A stretch of 64,000 bases of DNA from Klebsormidium nitens (taxonomy: Eukaryota; Plantae; Klebsormidiophyceae), in the NCBI GenBank assembly GCA_000708835.1, contig DF237415.1, forward strand, positions 1 to 64,000. Direction: 5' to 3'. The notes under the pieces were generated by a model. That model was not told the DNA's origin. It saw only the letters and a program-made list of their open reading frames with translations, and ran no database searches. This document shows positions 1-11,462 of this stretch, piece by piece. Position numbers and translations under genes: made by a program. Numbering within the stretch: position 1 is the stretch's first letter; every line of letters begins with the position of its first letter.

Positions 1-1312
1 TTTTGTCTCCCCGAACTCCAATCTCTTAGAAAGCTATCACTCAACAGCTATCTTCAGCTTGTATTCAACTCCTCGTATATCGTCTCTCCAGCCCGTATCT
101 CTCTCACCCCGAGTCGATTCTGTTCAGCGCCGCTTCACAGTCCCCTTTGACAAGAAGTACTGTACCTCTAGTATCGCGGGGGCCTTGCGGCGCATTGGAG
201 TCACAAATCATTGTGACCGCTTATTGGAAGGTGGCGAAATGGACCCAATGGATTCTCAATCCTTCGATCAGCGTTCGACCTGGAAAGGACGTGCACGTCT
301 TACGCCCATTTCAAAAGTTCTGGAGACCCTCGACGCTTCAGGATCAAGGTCATGATCCGAGCACCCTTTGCCGCAAAACTTTCCATCCAGCCAGAGGCCT
401 ACTGGAATGTCATGTTCTGCAAAGCACAAAGGAGACGGCGTGTATGTCCATGCTGGGCTCACCACGTTGGCATCGGGCGGTTTCGAGCACCATGTCAGCG
501 TTGTCTTCCGAAAAGCCCATGGTGCGCTTGCGTTTGCGCGCATTTGATTCTTGAGAGTGTCCTCATATGTAGTCATCATGCTATGCCGCCACAAGTTGAT
601 AGGCGTGCTGCGACCTTGCAGTGAGACAAAGGTGCTGAACGCCTTCGACGAGGCATCCGGAATAATGACCGAGTCTCTTTCCGAAGCCGTGGAATTACTA
701 TAATTATGGGCAGGAGCCGAGTTTGCGGCCCCTATTTAGGTGGCACTTGCTAGCTTGCCAAAACCGGTTCCGTTTTTAAAAGTGTCTTCAACTACGGCGA
801 GCATCAACGGGCCGTGATGATAAGGTTATCTCTGAGTCACCAACACCGATTGCGATGTGGGTGAGCTTTTACGGCGACTCGGGCATTGAAACGCATGTAT
901 GGCCGACTTGAAACGCTTTTTGACCACTTCGTTGAAGTCGTTGCGCACCACCAGAATGTGGTAATCGCTGGCATCCGCGTCTTTACCAAGTACTCTGGGG
1001 GTCCCCATAACCGTCAAGAGCATCGTGGACGATCTTGTGACGGCGTCAAAAAGCAGGCGGCTGCGCGCACCAGTGCAGATATGGCAAGCCCTCAGAATGA
1101 GAGCGCGGCTCGGAGAAGCCATCGCAAAGGTTGAAGCCGGCGAGAATGGGCGTCAATTGCCATCAGGTGCTCTTTGATGCTGCTCCGTAGAATCTTGAGC
1201 CCGCGAGGCCGTGAAGCAGTTTGCCCCATGCTTCCGGCGCAAGCAGCTTCGAAAAGTGAGCCATATGTCGCGAAAGCGGATTTTGATAGCTTCTCATACC
1301 TTTGTGTAACGG

Positions 1313-1332
1313 NNNNNNNNNNNNNNNNNNNN
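1313..1332. other. Assembly gap (N run)
   Basis: Run of n in the sequence. Confidence 0.99.
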
Positions 1333-1466
1333 GCGTGAACCCGTATACGGTCCGAAGCGGAACGAAAATCGACGCGATAACCCGGCCGCGACGCGCGGAC
1401 GGCCGACGCGAAATCGATATATAAATTACGGAAGCGCCTTAGTGTGCATCCAGTCGACAGCTTTTT

Positions 1467-1538
1467 GGATGCATAGCCGAGCGGCTAAGGCGGTCGGCTT
1501 CCGTACCGTTACATTTGGGTCCACCTCGCATGCGTCCA
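1467..1538 (+). pseudogene. tRNA-like pseudogene or tRNA-derived SINE head (72 nt); anticodon not assignable
   Basis: The 7-bp acceptor stem GGATGCA (1467-1473) pairs with TGCGTCC (1531-1537) with one wobble, followed by discriminator A. The D-arm and A-box TAGCCGAGCGGCTAAGGCG look canonical. The anticodon loop has 8 nt (CTTCCGTA) and the T-loop/B-box is degraded (GGGTCCACC), so this is not a canonical functional tRNA. Confidence 0.5.
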
Positions 1539-2106
1539 TCTGACGAATTTCGATGTCGTTGCGCTAATGGGCTTTCGTAGTAGCCGTGATTTTCAAACCT
1601 ATTATCGAGCACCGTCCGGCCCCTCTGAGTTGTTTGGGCTCAGCTCTTGATGCTTCAATATCCACGTACTCCTAATCGGAAGGGCTTCAAATAGACATAG
1701 GCGAGCATGGAGATAAGAAGCTTCCAGCCATGTTTGAAGTTGGCCACAACCTTGAAGGTGCTGCCCTAGAGGTCCAAGTTAGAGACGGCGTTAATACGCA
1801 ACTAATAAGGCACCTACGCGCAGGACTCTGACTTGTTTACCGGATCATCTTGCCCAAGCCGGCGCAAGACTAACGCACCTAGGGGTAGAACGCAACGGCG
1901 TAAGCATTGGACTGAAGGCTCGGCAGAAGTAACGAAGCCTAGGAAGGCCCGAACTTTTCCCTGTCCAGCTCCATTGAGAGGGGCCCCCACTGGGCCAATA
2001 CTCGAAAGGGAATCGGCTGGCCATAATGCACGTGCTTGTGGGGCCCTGTGCATTTCTGCCGTAGTAAGTGACACGTGCTGTTTATAGACACCATTCCAGC
2101 AGGGCC

Positions 2107-2421
2107 CATAACGCTAAGGCCAAGAAGGGTCTTGGGGAGCTCGTGCAGAACAATCAACAGATAGAAGTGAACCGTAAGCTCATCTGATGATCCTCCATTG
2201 AACACAAAGCTCCGGGGCTCACTAACTTGATCCACCTTCTTAGTGATTTGCCCGTCCGCAACATTGATGAAGTGTACAACGCCACATCCCGGTAATCATG
2301 CGAGGGGATCCCCGTAGCCGTAGGGGAGCCGTGAAGCCGTAGCCCCGTATTAGGGCGGTAAATCACAGCTGCGTTCCCCAGGTCCAAAAGTGACAGTAAA
2401 AAACCGGTTTCCATTGATTAG
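2107..2421 (-). mobile_element. Degenerate retropepsin (aspartic protease) remnant, likely from a decayed LTR-type retroelement
   Basis: Minus-strand frames joined across frameshifts and stops read LINGNRF / LLDLGNAAVI ... VHFINVADGQ ... VHFYLL ... TLLGLSVM. This matches the retropepsin pattern (V-I-N-G, LLD[S/T]G, flap vADG, hLG), with the catalytic motif decayed to DLG. Confidence 0.5.
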
Positions 2422-4990
2422 AAGAGCCGGGCGGGTCTGAGCGCCCCAAGGTGTTAATCTCTGGCGCAGTGTACATGGTCAGCCGAATTGTTGTGTAATT
2501 GGGGTTGGACAAAATTATGGTTTTAATGTAATACTGTGCGCTTTAGTAGTGCGTGCACGGGCGGTAAGGCCGGAATTACTACACCGTCAGGCGGTTTGGA
2601 GGGTCTTAAGCGATTGAGAGGACCATCAATCTACGCCATATATGAGGATATCGAATTAGTAAAATTGAGTGTGATTATGTGTACTAGTAGTGAGCCTAGT
2701 AGAGATATAGAGTGTGACTTGGGCTAGTGAGTCTAGTAGCCTTTCAAGATGAGCTAGACTCGGAGCCTAGTGGAATGGGAGGACCCGTAAAACAATAGCG
2801 CAGAGAAAGACTAATGTGATACATCATTCTAAGACAAGTTTGTGGAGAGGAGAATGCAGCTTGTGAGGCGCTTCGAGTGTTCCTCCTAGAATGTATGGCT
2901 GCCATCAATGAGCGATGAGCATAGGTTCCGAGTAATACGACAAGACCCGATGACAAGCAAACAACTACACTACGAGTCCCTCACCACAAGTCTCAACAAT
3001 CTGCACAGGGGTAGGCTATAGAAGCTGAATAGCCGTGCTGCTCTGCATGGCGGCGAGCCTAGACTCTGTTCGTGCCAAAGAACTCTTCGCCCGGCTACTC
3101 CAAACCAGAGCGAGGAAGCTCTATAGAGGATGCACTGGGCAACTCCTCCTTTCAAGGCCGGAACGGGCTGAGGCGCCTTGATTTCTGTCATCGTCTCAGA
3201 AGCCTGGTCGTCATCATGACCCGGGGAGTCACAAGCAGTGTAAGTAATCTGCGGGGCATTTAGCTCAATGGCATGTCAATCTGCCGATCGCAAACGTGCT
3301 CATCATGTGGCGCGCGCTTACGGAGACCCTTGGTAATCGAAGGTGCGTCCCTGGACTAGGCGCCGATAGCGCCTTGGCAAGGTTGTGGCCGCATTTCGGT
3401 TGCGAGTGACGGGGAGGAAACAGAGGCCACGGCTTTGCCGGCCAGGAATTTTGCACGTCCCGCGCACGTCTGAGTCCCACAAGCTCAACAGCTGTTTGTA
3501 GGTAGGCACACGCCAACAGCCGATGTGCGGCGGGCTTGCGACCTCAGTCATCGGATCATGTGCACCTTTGTAGTACATGACATGGGCGGCTCGTGTTGCA
3601 ACAGGTGGTTTAGGGGCGGCCTACGGTGGCGCCCTATGTGCACTGTGCAGCCGGTTAGTAGCTGCGGCAATCAACATTGTTCCGGGTTGCGCACCTTGTA
3701 CGCTGAGCACCACGTCTGGAATCACCGGACGGTTCAATAGCTGCGCTACCTTATCTGGGCATCCCGCAGCAAAGTATTCTGGCTTCCCGCAAATGTAGCG
3801 GTTCAGCGCAAATATCTAGTGCGGAATTTGACGATGGAGTGGCCCTTATCGCGGTAAAAGATGCTTCTGTGAGCGCGCGGCCTCGCTGGACACTGAGGTG
3901 ACTTGTGGCCGAGTCTTGCCCGCTAGTGTGGTATGGGATCGGAGTCGTCATGCAGCCCAGCGGCGTCATTGGAGCGTGCCAACTTTCGGCAGAGCAGGTG
4001 ACGGTGCGCACCAGAGGAAGTAGCCTCCGCTGGGCATGTGATGCTTGCGGTCACATTGCTTGAAGTTGTGGAGCACTCTAGATGCGCGTGGCAATCTTAC
4101 TATATTGTTGGAGCTTTCAAGACTTGGCATTCATCATCGGTCATATCAAAAGCTGATCGGACGCTAGACCGCCTCTTCTTGAAGCTCTCCTGGTCGGATT
4201 GCTGCATAGGAAGGCGGTGACGGCCAGCGGCTTAGGCTCCTTGAGCAGCCGGTGCAAGATCACCATGCGCGTACAACGCTAGGCATGGTTTCCAAGTCGG
4301 CTTCAGTGCGAGATTTCCGAATATGTTGATATCCGCACAACCAAAATCTTGGGATATGCTCTCTCCATACGCGTTCAAATGCGTCCAATTGGCCCAATCG
4401 TCGAACAACATTTTTGACACGAATCGAGCGGCAACCCTGTCGGTGCTTGTCGTAATAGCTGCGTTAATGCAAGTCATTCCGTTCATGACTTGTTTGCTTA
4501 CCAACTATGATATATGCTCTTTTAAATCCTAAGTGGTGCAATGCACTTTTACATGTTCATTTGTGACCCTACCTTACGTAACATAGGGAGAATCTTTATA
4601 GGATGCATTCCAACATAGTGAACAAAACCAGACCATTTGAATGAAGGACGAGCAACAATCGTCAGTATCTCACTACCAACAATGTTTGACCAGTACCGGT
4701 TCACATGCAGGGCCTTTATACCGGCCAGAATCCAAGTGGTCCAATATATGTCTAGCAAAAGCTGGGTCATCTGAAAACTGCGAGTCACCATCCCCTTCAA
4801 GACGTGAGACTAATATACGCACCATATATGCATACAAACCCGCCCCTAAAACCACAAAAAAATCACTGATGAAGGTGTCAAGCTTCGAGGTCATTCTTGA
4901 GCGCCCGAGTTCGTTAAGCCGAATAATCCTACTTCGTCGAAAGTCTGCTTCTGTCGTCCTGGCAACAAGTCACACACTTGATGCAAGCCG

Positions 4991-7900
4991 TCAATGCCCT
5001 GACTGAATCTGCGTCCACCATCCCGGGCTTGAGCTGCGCCCGCCCGGAGAGCCCCCCTCCCCCCACAGCCCACTGGCGACCGCCGTCAGCCACGGCGGGA
5101 TGGGAGCCGCCGGGCCCAGCCGCGGCGTGAGCGGCCCCGTACTGCTCCCCGGCGCGCCCGCCTCCTCGCGGCCTTCCCCTGGGAGCAAGGCCTGCGTGGT
5201 GTGCCCGCTCCGGTGCTGGCTGATGGCGTCGCGCAGCGAAGGGGAGAGGGCGCGCTCCTCGCGAAGCCCGCTGGAGAAGGGCGGGTCCTGATACCTGCGT
5301 GCGCAACCCGACCAAAGAGTTGTTCGAACGGGTCTAAGCCTGGATAGTGCTATTATGATACTTGTACTCGAATCGAGCAAAGGATATGATATGAACTTCG
5401 AACGGACGTGCTCCAACAAGCCAACCGCCAACAGTGTTCAGCGTGCAAGTCCTTGCTGAACAACTAAGAGAGGCACGCTTGCTCTACACTGATCAAGCTG
5501 AGTCGACTATTGGAACCGGATGCCCGCCTTCCCACAAACGACATCGCTGGATGCCTCAGGGACAGCCTGCCTGGCCAGCAGTAAAAGAGCCTCACGGGTC
5601 CAGCAAGTTTCCCCCTCCACGGAACGCTTCAAACGCGGACGCACTCCCCAGGAACGCCGTCCCGCGCGCCAGCCGGCTGGGCAGGCTGCTGCCGGCGCTG
5701 ACCCGCGCCGCGGCCTCGGCGAGCAGCTGCGCGGTGCGCGAGGGCGCCAGCCCGCTGCCCGGCTCCAGCGACAGCTCCAGCAGCCCGTTGCGCTCCGCTG
5801 CGCCCTTGTTGTCGCCCGCGCCTGGCGCCGCCCCCAGGTGCAGCACGGCCAGCGCGTCCAGGCCCTTGGAGAGGCCGCCGTCCAGCGCCGCCAGCCGCGC
5901 CGCCAGCCCCGCGGTGTCCCCCCCTCGTCGCCCGCCCCGCGCCACGCGTCTGCCGCCTGCTGCTGCTGCGGCCCGCCCCTGCGTTCCTCGTCGTCGACAT
6001 CGGTGCCGTTCACAAACGCGAGGATGTCGGCTGCCTTGCTCGCGCCCTCGGAGGTGCGCTCGCTGCTGCGGTGGATCTCCCCGTACATGGCGCGGTACTT
6101 GGCCAGAAAGTCCTGGGCGGCGCTGTTGGGAAACTCGCGCACCGAGGGCAGCACGCTCGGGGACGGGCTGCGCGCCGCCTCGCCCGCGCCCAGCGCCCGC
6201 ACAAAGTCGCGCGCCATGTCCGTCGGCAGGTCCGGGCTGTCCAGCCGCGCAGGGGCGGGGGCGGCGGCGGCCGCGGCGGCGCTGCGCTGCTGCTCCGCCT
6301 TGCGCAGGGCCTCCCCCCAGTCGCTGGCAGACGGCGCCAGCTGCAGGCGTGCCTCCTTGCCGGACTCCTCGCGCAGCGGGCTCGGCTTGGGGGGCGTGCT
6401 CTGCTTGGCGGGGACAGCGTCGGCCCCGGCGAGCGCCCCCGTGGTGGGGCTGGGCTCCTTGCCGTCCGAGAGCAGGTACGCAGAGGGGCTGACAGTGGAG
6501 TCGGTGGGGCTGCTCTCGGGCGCGCCGGCCAGCAGGTGCGAGAAGCCGCGCCCCACCGCGCTGGGCGGCACCTTGTCCAGCAGCGCCACCGTGCCGTCCC
6601 CGCTGATGCCCAGCGGGTGCGCGGGCTGCGGCTCGCCTGGCGCGAGGGGCCCCGTGGTGGGGGAGGGGTCCTGGCGCGGGCCGAGCCACATGGAGGGCGT
6701 GCTGCCGGGCGTGGCGGCGCTGGGCTTGCCGCGGCCCATGCGCGGCGTGGGCGCCTCCACCGCGGCCTTGGCACGGTCCTTGTCCGCAAAGAGCGGCACC
6801 GCGGGGCTCATCTTGACGGGCAGCTGCAGCGCCTCCAGCTTAGACCCGCGCCGCTGCAGCGTGCTGGGCCGCCCCATGCTGCTCTCGCGCGTCAGCCGCC
6901 CCTTGGGCACCGCCTTGCTCGGCCCTGCGCCCTTGTCGGCACCGCTGCCCTTGCTGGGCGCGCCCACGGGGCTCCTGCGGGTGCCGTCTCTCTTTGCCCC
7001 GCTACCCGCCGCGACGCTGCTCCGGGAGGGGGTGGGGCCGGGCTTGGCGGCCAGCGCGGGTCGGGGCTTCTGCAGGGCGCTGCGCTTGGCCCGCTTGATG
7101 GGCTGGCGCTCCTCCTCGGAGCTCTCGTCGCTGGAGCCGGACCCGCTGTCGCTAGACTCGCCTGCGGCCGCCGCAGCCAGGAACGCGCTGCGCTTGCCCT
7201 TCATGCTCTTGAGCAGGTTCTGCAGCTGCACACACACGCCACGCACGCCAGTCAGCACCGGCCGCGCGCACGCGCCACACCGGGCGGGGGACCGCCACAG
7301 CACCGGCGGAGCCTGCACGGGCAGCCAGGGGAAGGGAGGGCTGGGCGGGGGGGAGGGGGCGCACCTTCTCATAAACGGAGCCGGGGCTCTCCCCATCCTT
7401 GGAGCCAAAGAAGGCCGCGCCACCCGCACCTGCCACTGGCTCCATGCGGCTGGGGGTGGGGTGCGCAATGCCGGAGCGCGCTACAACCAGGGCGTGCCGT
7501 GCCTCCTCCAGCTGCAGGGACCAAAGGAGGGGGAGGACGGTCAGCACGCAGCGCACAGCCAAAGGGAACGTCGCGCCCTGCTGCCTCCTGAGGCCCAACC
7601 TGCGCCCTGCCATCCCAAATGCACGCCAACCTGCGGCTGGCAGCAAGCAAAGCAAACAGTCGCAAATGCATTCGCGTGCAGTGAGCGCTGTCGGAGGTTG
7701 CGCCCAGAAGGAGCTTTGCGGCACACGCTGTGCGGCCCTTACGGCAGCTGAGGGCCGCGGGCTCTGCACTTCTGGGGCTGCGGGCCCTAGTGGGGCCCGC
7801 TGGGCAAAGGGCGGAATTGCCCGCCACCTGTGCGCCATCCCGCATCGACACAGGGAGGTGAGGTAATGCGCTGATTCATTCGGCACCAGGGCTGGCGGCT

Positions 7901-8722
7901 CCTCGCGGGGTGTGCTGCGCTGGGGGGCTCACCTCCTTCTTGAGGCGGTCGTTGTCGGCCTGCAGGCGCGCGTTCTGCGCCTTGAGCACGTCGTACTGGC
8001 TCTCCACCTGCTCCGTGCGCCACTTGGCGCGCCGGTTCTGGAACCAGATGGCCACCTGCCGCGCCTCCAGGCCAATGCCCTTGGCGATCTCCACCTGCAG
8101 CCAGCGCCAAGGCAGCCCCCGAGTTACAACCACGGCCTTGCACAAGCATGACAGCGTGTGGCACCTCTGGAGGCGCGGGTCAGCAGGGGAGGGGCAGCTC
8201 CGCCCTGGGCCGCAGCCTGCGGGAATGCGCAGGCGGGGGCAAGGACGGCTCACCTTTTGCGGGTGGCTCAGCTTGCCGTCTGCTTCGTCAAACGCCTTCT
8301 CCAGGGCATGAATCTGCACAAGGCGCCACCCACTGAGTGAGCGGGCCATGCCAGGGCACCACACAAGGGCAGTCACACAAGGGGCACGCGCAGTGTGCAG
8401 CGGCCACCCCTTACAGCAAGGCAAGGGCAGCTCCTCCCCCCGCCATTGCAAGCCACTCCTCGGGCGGGCCAGCGTGCGCGGCGGCCCGCAGCTGGTGCCC
8501 CACCTGGTCTGTTGTGAGGCGGCGGATCTTGATCTCGCGCTTGGCGCGCTGCACCGCGGGGGAGTCCATCTTGCGCATCTCGGCAGCCGAGGGGCCGCCG
8601 CGCGCCTCCTCCGCGCTGCGCTTGCCCTTCCCTTTGTGGCTCTTCTTGCCCTTGCCAGCGTCGCCAAACTCGCGCTTGCGCTTGCTGGCCCCCGGAGTGC
8701 TGGCAGACGCGGGGCGCGCCAT
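4991..8722 (-). CDS. Class I homeodomain-leucine zipper (HD-Zip I) transcription factor with a long low-complexity C-terminal region; spliced; 3' end uncertain
   Basis: Exons 8722-8504 (MARPAS...KIRRLTTDQ), 8313-8254 (IHALEKAFDEADGKLSHPQK) and about 8095-7934 (VEIAKGIGLEARQVAIWFQNRRAKWRTEQVESQYDVLKAQNARLQADNDRLKKE), then a large exon from about 7228 (LQNLLKSM...). The WFQNRR helix 3 is followed directly by Leu heptads L-x6-L-x6-L-x6-L. There is a frameshift at the homopolymer 5918-5924. The probable last exon is about 5298-4991. Confidence 0.9.
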
Positions 8723-10357
8723 TGCAGCAGCAGCTGCGCAAACACACACCAGGCATTCANAGGGGGGGGGGAGGGGTGAGGAGGGGTCTTGTCTCAGCAG
8801 CCAGGCCAGGCACAGGCCGGACGGCAGAGGGGAGGAGCAGTGCAGCAGTTCCCTGGCGCGGCTGGTGCCTTGCATCGAGGAGCCCTGCCAGGCCCCACGC
8901 TGCTGCTGGCAGGCACCAGCCGGCTGCCCCCTGGCAAGCACGCAGGGCCCTGGGAGACAGACGTCGCGCCTGGGCCCCCTGCTTGAGCGTGGCCACTCCC
9001 CTGATCAACCAATGCCATGCCCACAAAGTGTTGGCTCAGGAGAGCAGCACCACAGCCCTACCGCCCGTAACACACTGCTGCATTCTGACTCAACAGAGAC
9101 CCCCCTGTGCTGAGCTTGTGGCACCCAAGCACAGCGGTCTGAACATCTAGAGAGATGGCCACCCCTAGGAGCAGCACTGATGGATTTGAGCCAGGGCCAG
9201 TCCGAGCCACTGACTGAGCACAGCAGGGGTCCAGCGAGAGGGGAGACAGCCAGAGCAGACGGGGATCCAGCAAGGTCAGATTGCAGAACAGCAATAACTG
9301 CCCAGGGTAACACAGAACGTAAACAAGGTGAATCTGTGCTCGCAATGAGCTGTGGCATGTCCTGAAATTAGCACGTTGGCCCAGCCTGGCAAAAGGACGG
9401 GCGAGCCATCTCCCTAGGGTCACTCAAGGCCAGGCAAGGGGGCGCACAGCGCAGGAGCTCACCCTGGCACGCGCGTGCAGCAGTCACCAAAGTGCCGCCT
9501 TGCTTTGACTGGGGACACCGCAGGGGGAGCAGGGTGTGCCTGGAGGGCGTACCCTGTGGACTGAGAGGAGGTAAGGCCCCCTGTGTGACAGGCCAGCACC
9601 CGCCCCTCTCCCTCCGCCCTCACACAACCTGTGGCTGCCCAAGCTCTGCTCTCCTCCAGCCACCCGTCTGGACCAGCGCTGTTTCACCTAATGCAGCTCA
9701 TGATGAAGGGAGATTCCCAACAACTTGAACCTCACAAAGTTGGAGCGCAACATGGTCATTGGTATTCGGAACCACACGCTTCCTCTGTCAGCTGGAATAA
9801 TACCTTCCACGTACAGTATTATGCAAGCTTGCCCTTCTCCACGGATAGCGTACAATACAGGCCGCAAGGCTGGAAGAAGCGCAGGGCAGCCATCTCTTTT
9901 CTGCGTTGCCAGTGCTGCTGCTTTTCACGAGTGGAGAAGGTCCATCATGGAGGAAGCCCTTCTGACGTCACGACGTACGCCGCCCTTCATCGAAAGCATG
10001 ATGCACACTGGCAAACCTAGCTAGCCTGCACTTCACAGAAGTCCGTGTCACTACAAGCCCTTGGATGGCCTGTTTTGTCAAGATGAACGGCTGGATCGAG
10101 TGCAAGGTGAGGTACCTAGGTAGGCACTCGTTCAAGTATTATGTACCATCGTTCTGCCCTTCAGAAGGTCGGGTCAGGCGTAACCACCTAGCTAGACTCG
10201 GCGACCAAACCAGCCTGCCGTTACAGCCTGCTCTGCAAATCTACCGGTTGCATGTGACTTTGTGACGAGTCAAGACTCAAGACTCAAGAATCAAGACTGG
10301 TCACTGGGGTCTGGACGCACAGTTTCATTTCTGCGGGTACCGTAGTCCAAGGTAATG

Positions 10358-10533
10358 ATTCCGAATAGATGAATAATTATTTGCATTCGGAAAGTCAGAA
10401 ATTCGGATTTCTCATTCGGAAAGTGGGAATTCGGAAAGGTTAAATAATCCTAGAATGGTCATCGGAAGCCTCGAAACGGCCAATATCAGCCTAAAAATCC
10501 CCTTCTTACTGGGAACATAGGGCATTCGGATTG
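10358..10533. repeat. Array of ATTCGGA(AAG) short repeats abutting the gap; probable DNA-transposon subterminal region
   Basis: ATTCGGA occurs at about 10385, 10401, 10414, 10429 and 10525, with an inverted copy at about 10359. The array ends in TAGGGCATTCGGATTG at the gap edge. Confidence 0.5.
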
Positions 10534-11462
10534 NNNNNNNNNNNNNNNNNNNNNNNNNNNNNNNNNNNNNNNNNNNNNNNNNNNNNNNNNNNNNNNNNNN
10601 NNNNNNNNNNNNNNNNNNNNNNNNNNNNNNNNNNNNNNNNNNNNNNNNNNNNNNNNNNNNNNNNNNNNNNNNNNNNNNNNNNNNNNNNNNNNNNNNNNNN
10701 NNNNNNNNNNNNNNNNNNNNNNNNNNNNNNNNNNNNNNNNNNNNNNNNNNNNNNNNNNNNNNNNNNNNNNNNNNNNNNNNNNNNNNNNNNNNNNNNNNNN
10801 NNNNNNNNNNNNNNNNNNNNNNNNNNNNNNNNNNNNNNNNNNNNNNNNNNNNNNNNNNNNNNNNNNNNNNNNNNNNNNNNNNNNNNNNNNNNNNNNNNNN
10901 NNNNNNNNNNNNNNNNNNNNNNNNNNNNNNNNNNNNNNNNNNNNNNNNNNNNNNNNNNNNNNNNNNNNNNNNNNNNNNNNNNNNNNNNNNNNNNNNNNNN
11001 NNNNNNNNNNNNNNNNNNNNNNNNNNNNNNNNNNNNNNNNNNNNNNNNNNNNNNNNNNNNNNNNNNNNNNNNNNNNNNNNNNNNNNNNNNNNNNNNNNNN
11101 NNNNNNNNNNNNNNNNNNNNNNNNNNNNNNNNNNNNNNNNNNNNNNNNNNNNNNNNNNNNNNNNNNNNNNNNNNNNNNNNNNNNNNNNNNNNNNNNNNNN
11201 NNNNNNNNNNNNNNNNNNNNNNNNNNNNNNNNNNNNNNNNNNNNNNNNNNNNNNNNNNNNNNNNNNNNNNNNNNNNNNNNNNNNNNNNNNNNNNNNNNNN
11301 NNNNNNNNNNNNNNNNNNNNNNNNNNNNNNNNNNNNNNNNNNNNNNNNNNNNNNNNNNNNNNNNNNNNNNNNNNNNNNNNNNNNNNNNNNNNNNNNNNNN
11401 NNNNNNNNNNNNNNNNNNNNNNNNNNNNNNNNNNNNNNNNNNNNNNNNNNNNNNNNNNNNNN
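10534..11462. other. Assembly gap (N run)
   Basis: Run of n in the sequence. Confidence 0.99.

Noticed and set aside
826-1122. Possible MULE transposase fragment (LFDAVTR...KRFKSAIHAFQC)
   Set aside because: The resemblance is too vague, with no clear DDE or CxxH arrangement. Left as part of the decayed region.
5434-7751. Very long plus-strand ORFs (743, 506 and 352 aa)
   Set aside because: They are antisense shadows of the GC-rich HD-Zip exon, with no recognisable motifs. Stop codons are scarce in such GC-rich sequence.
9484-10265. Short plus-strand ORFs upstream of the HD-Zip gene
   Set aside because: They have no motifs or consistent splice structure. More likely 5' UTR or promoter sequence of the HD-Zip gene.
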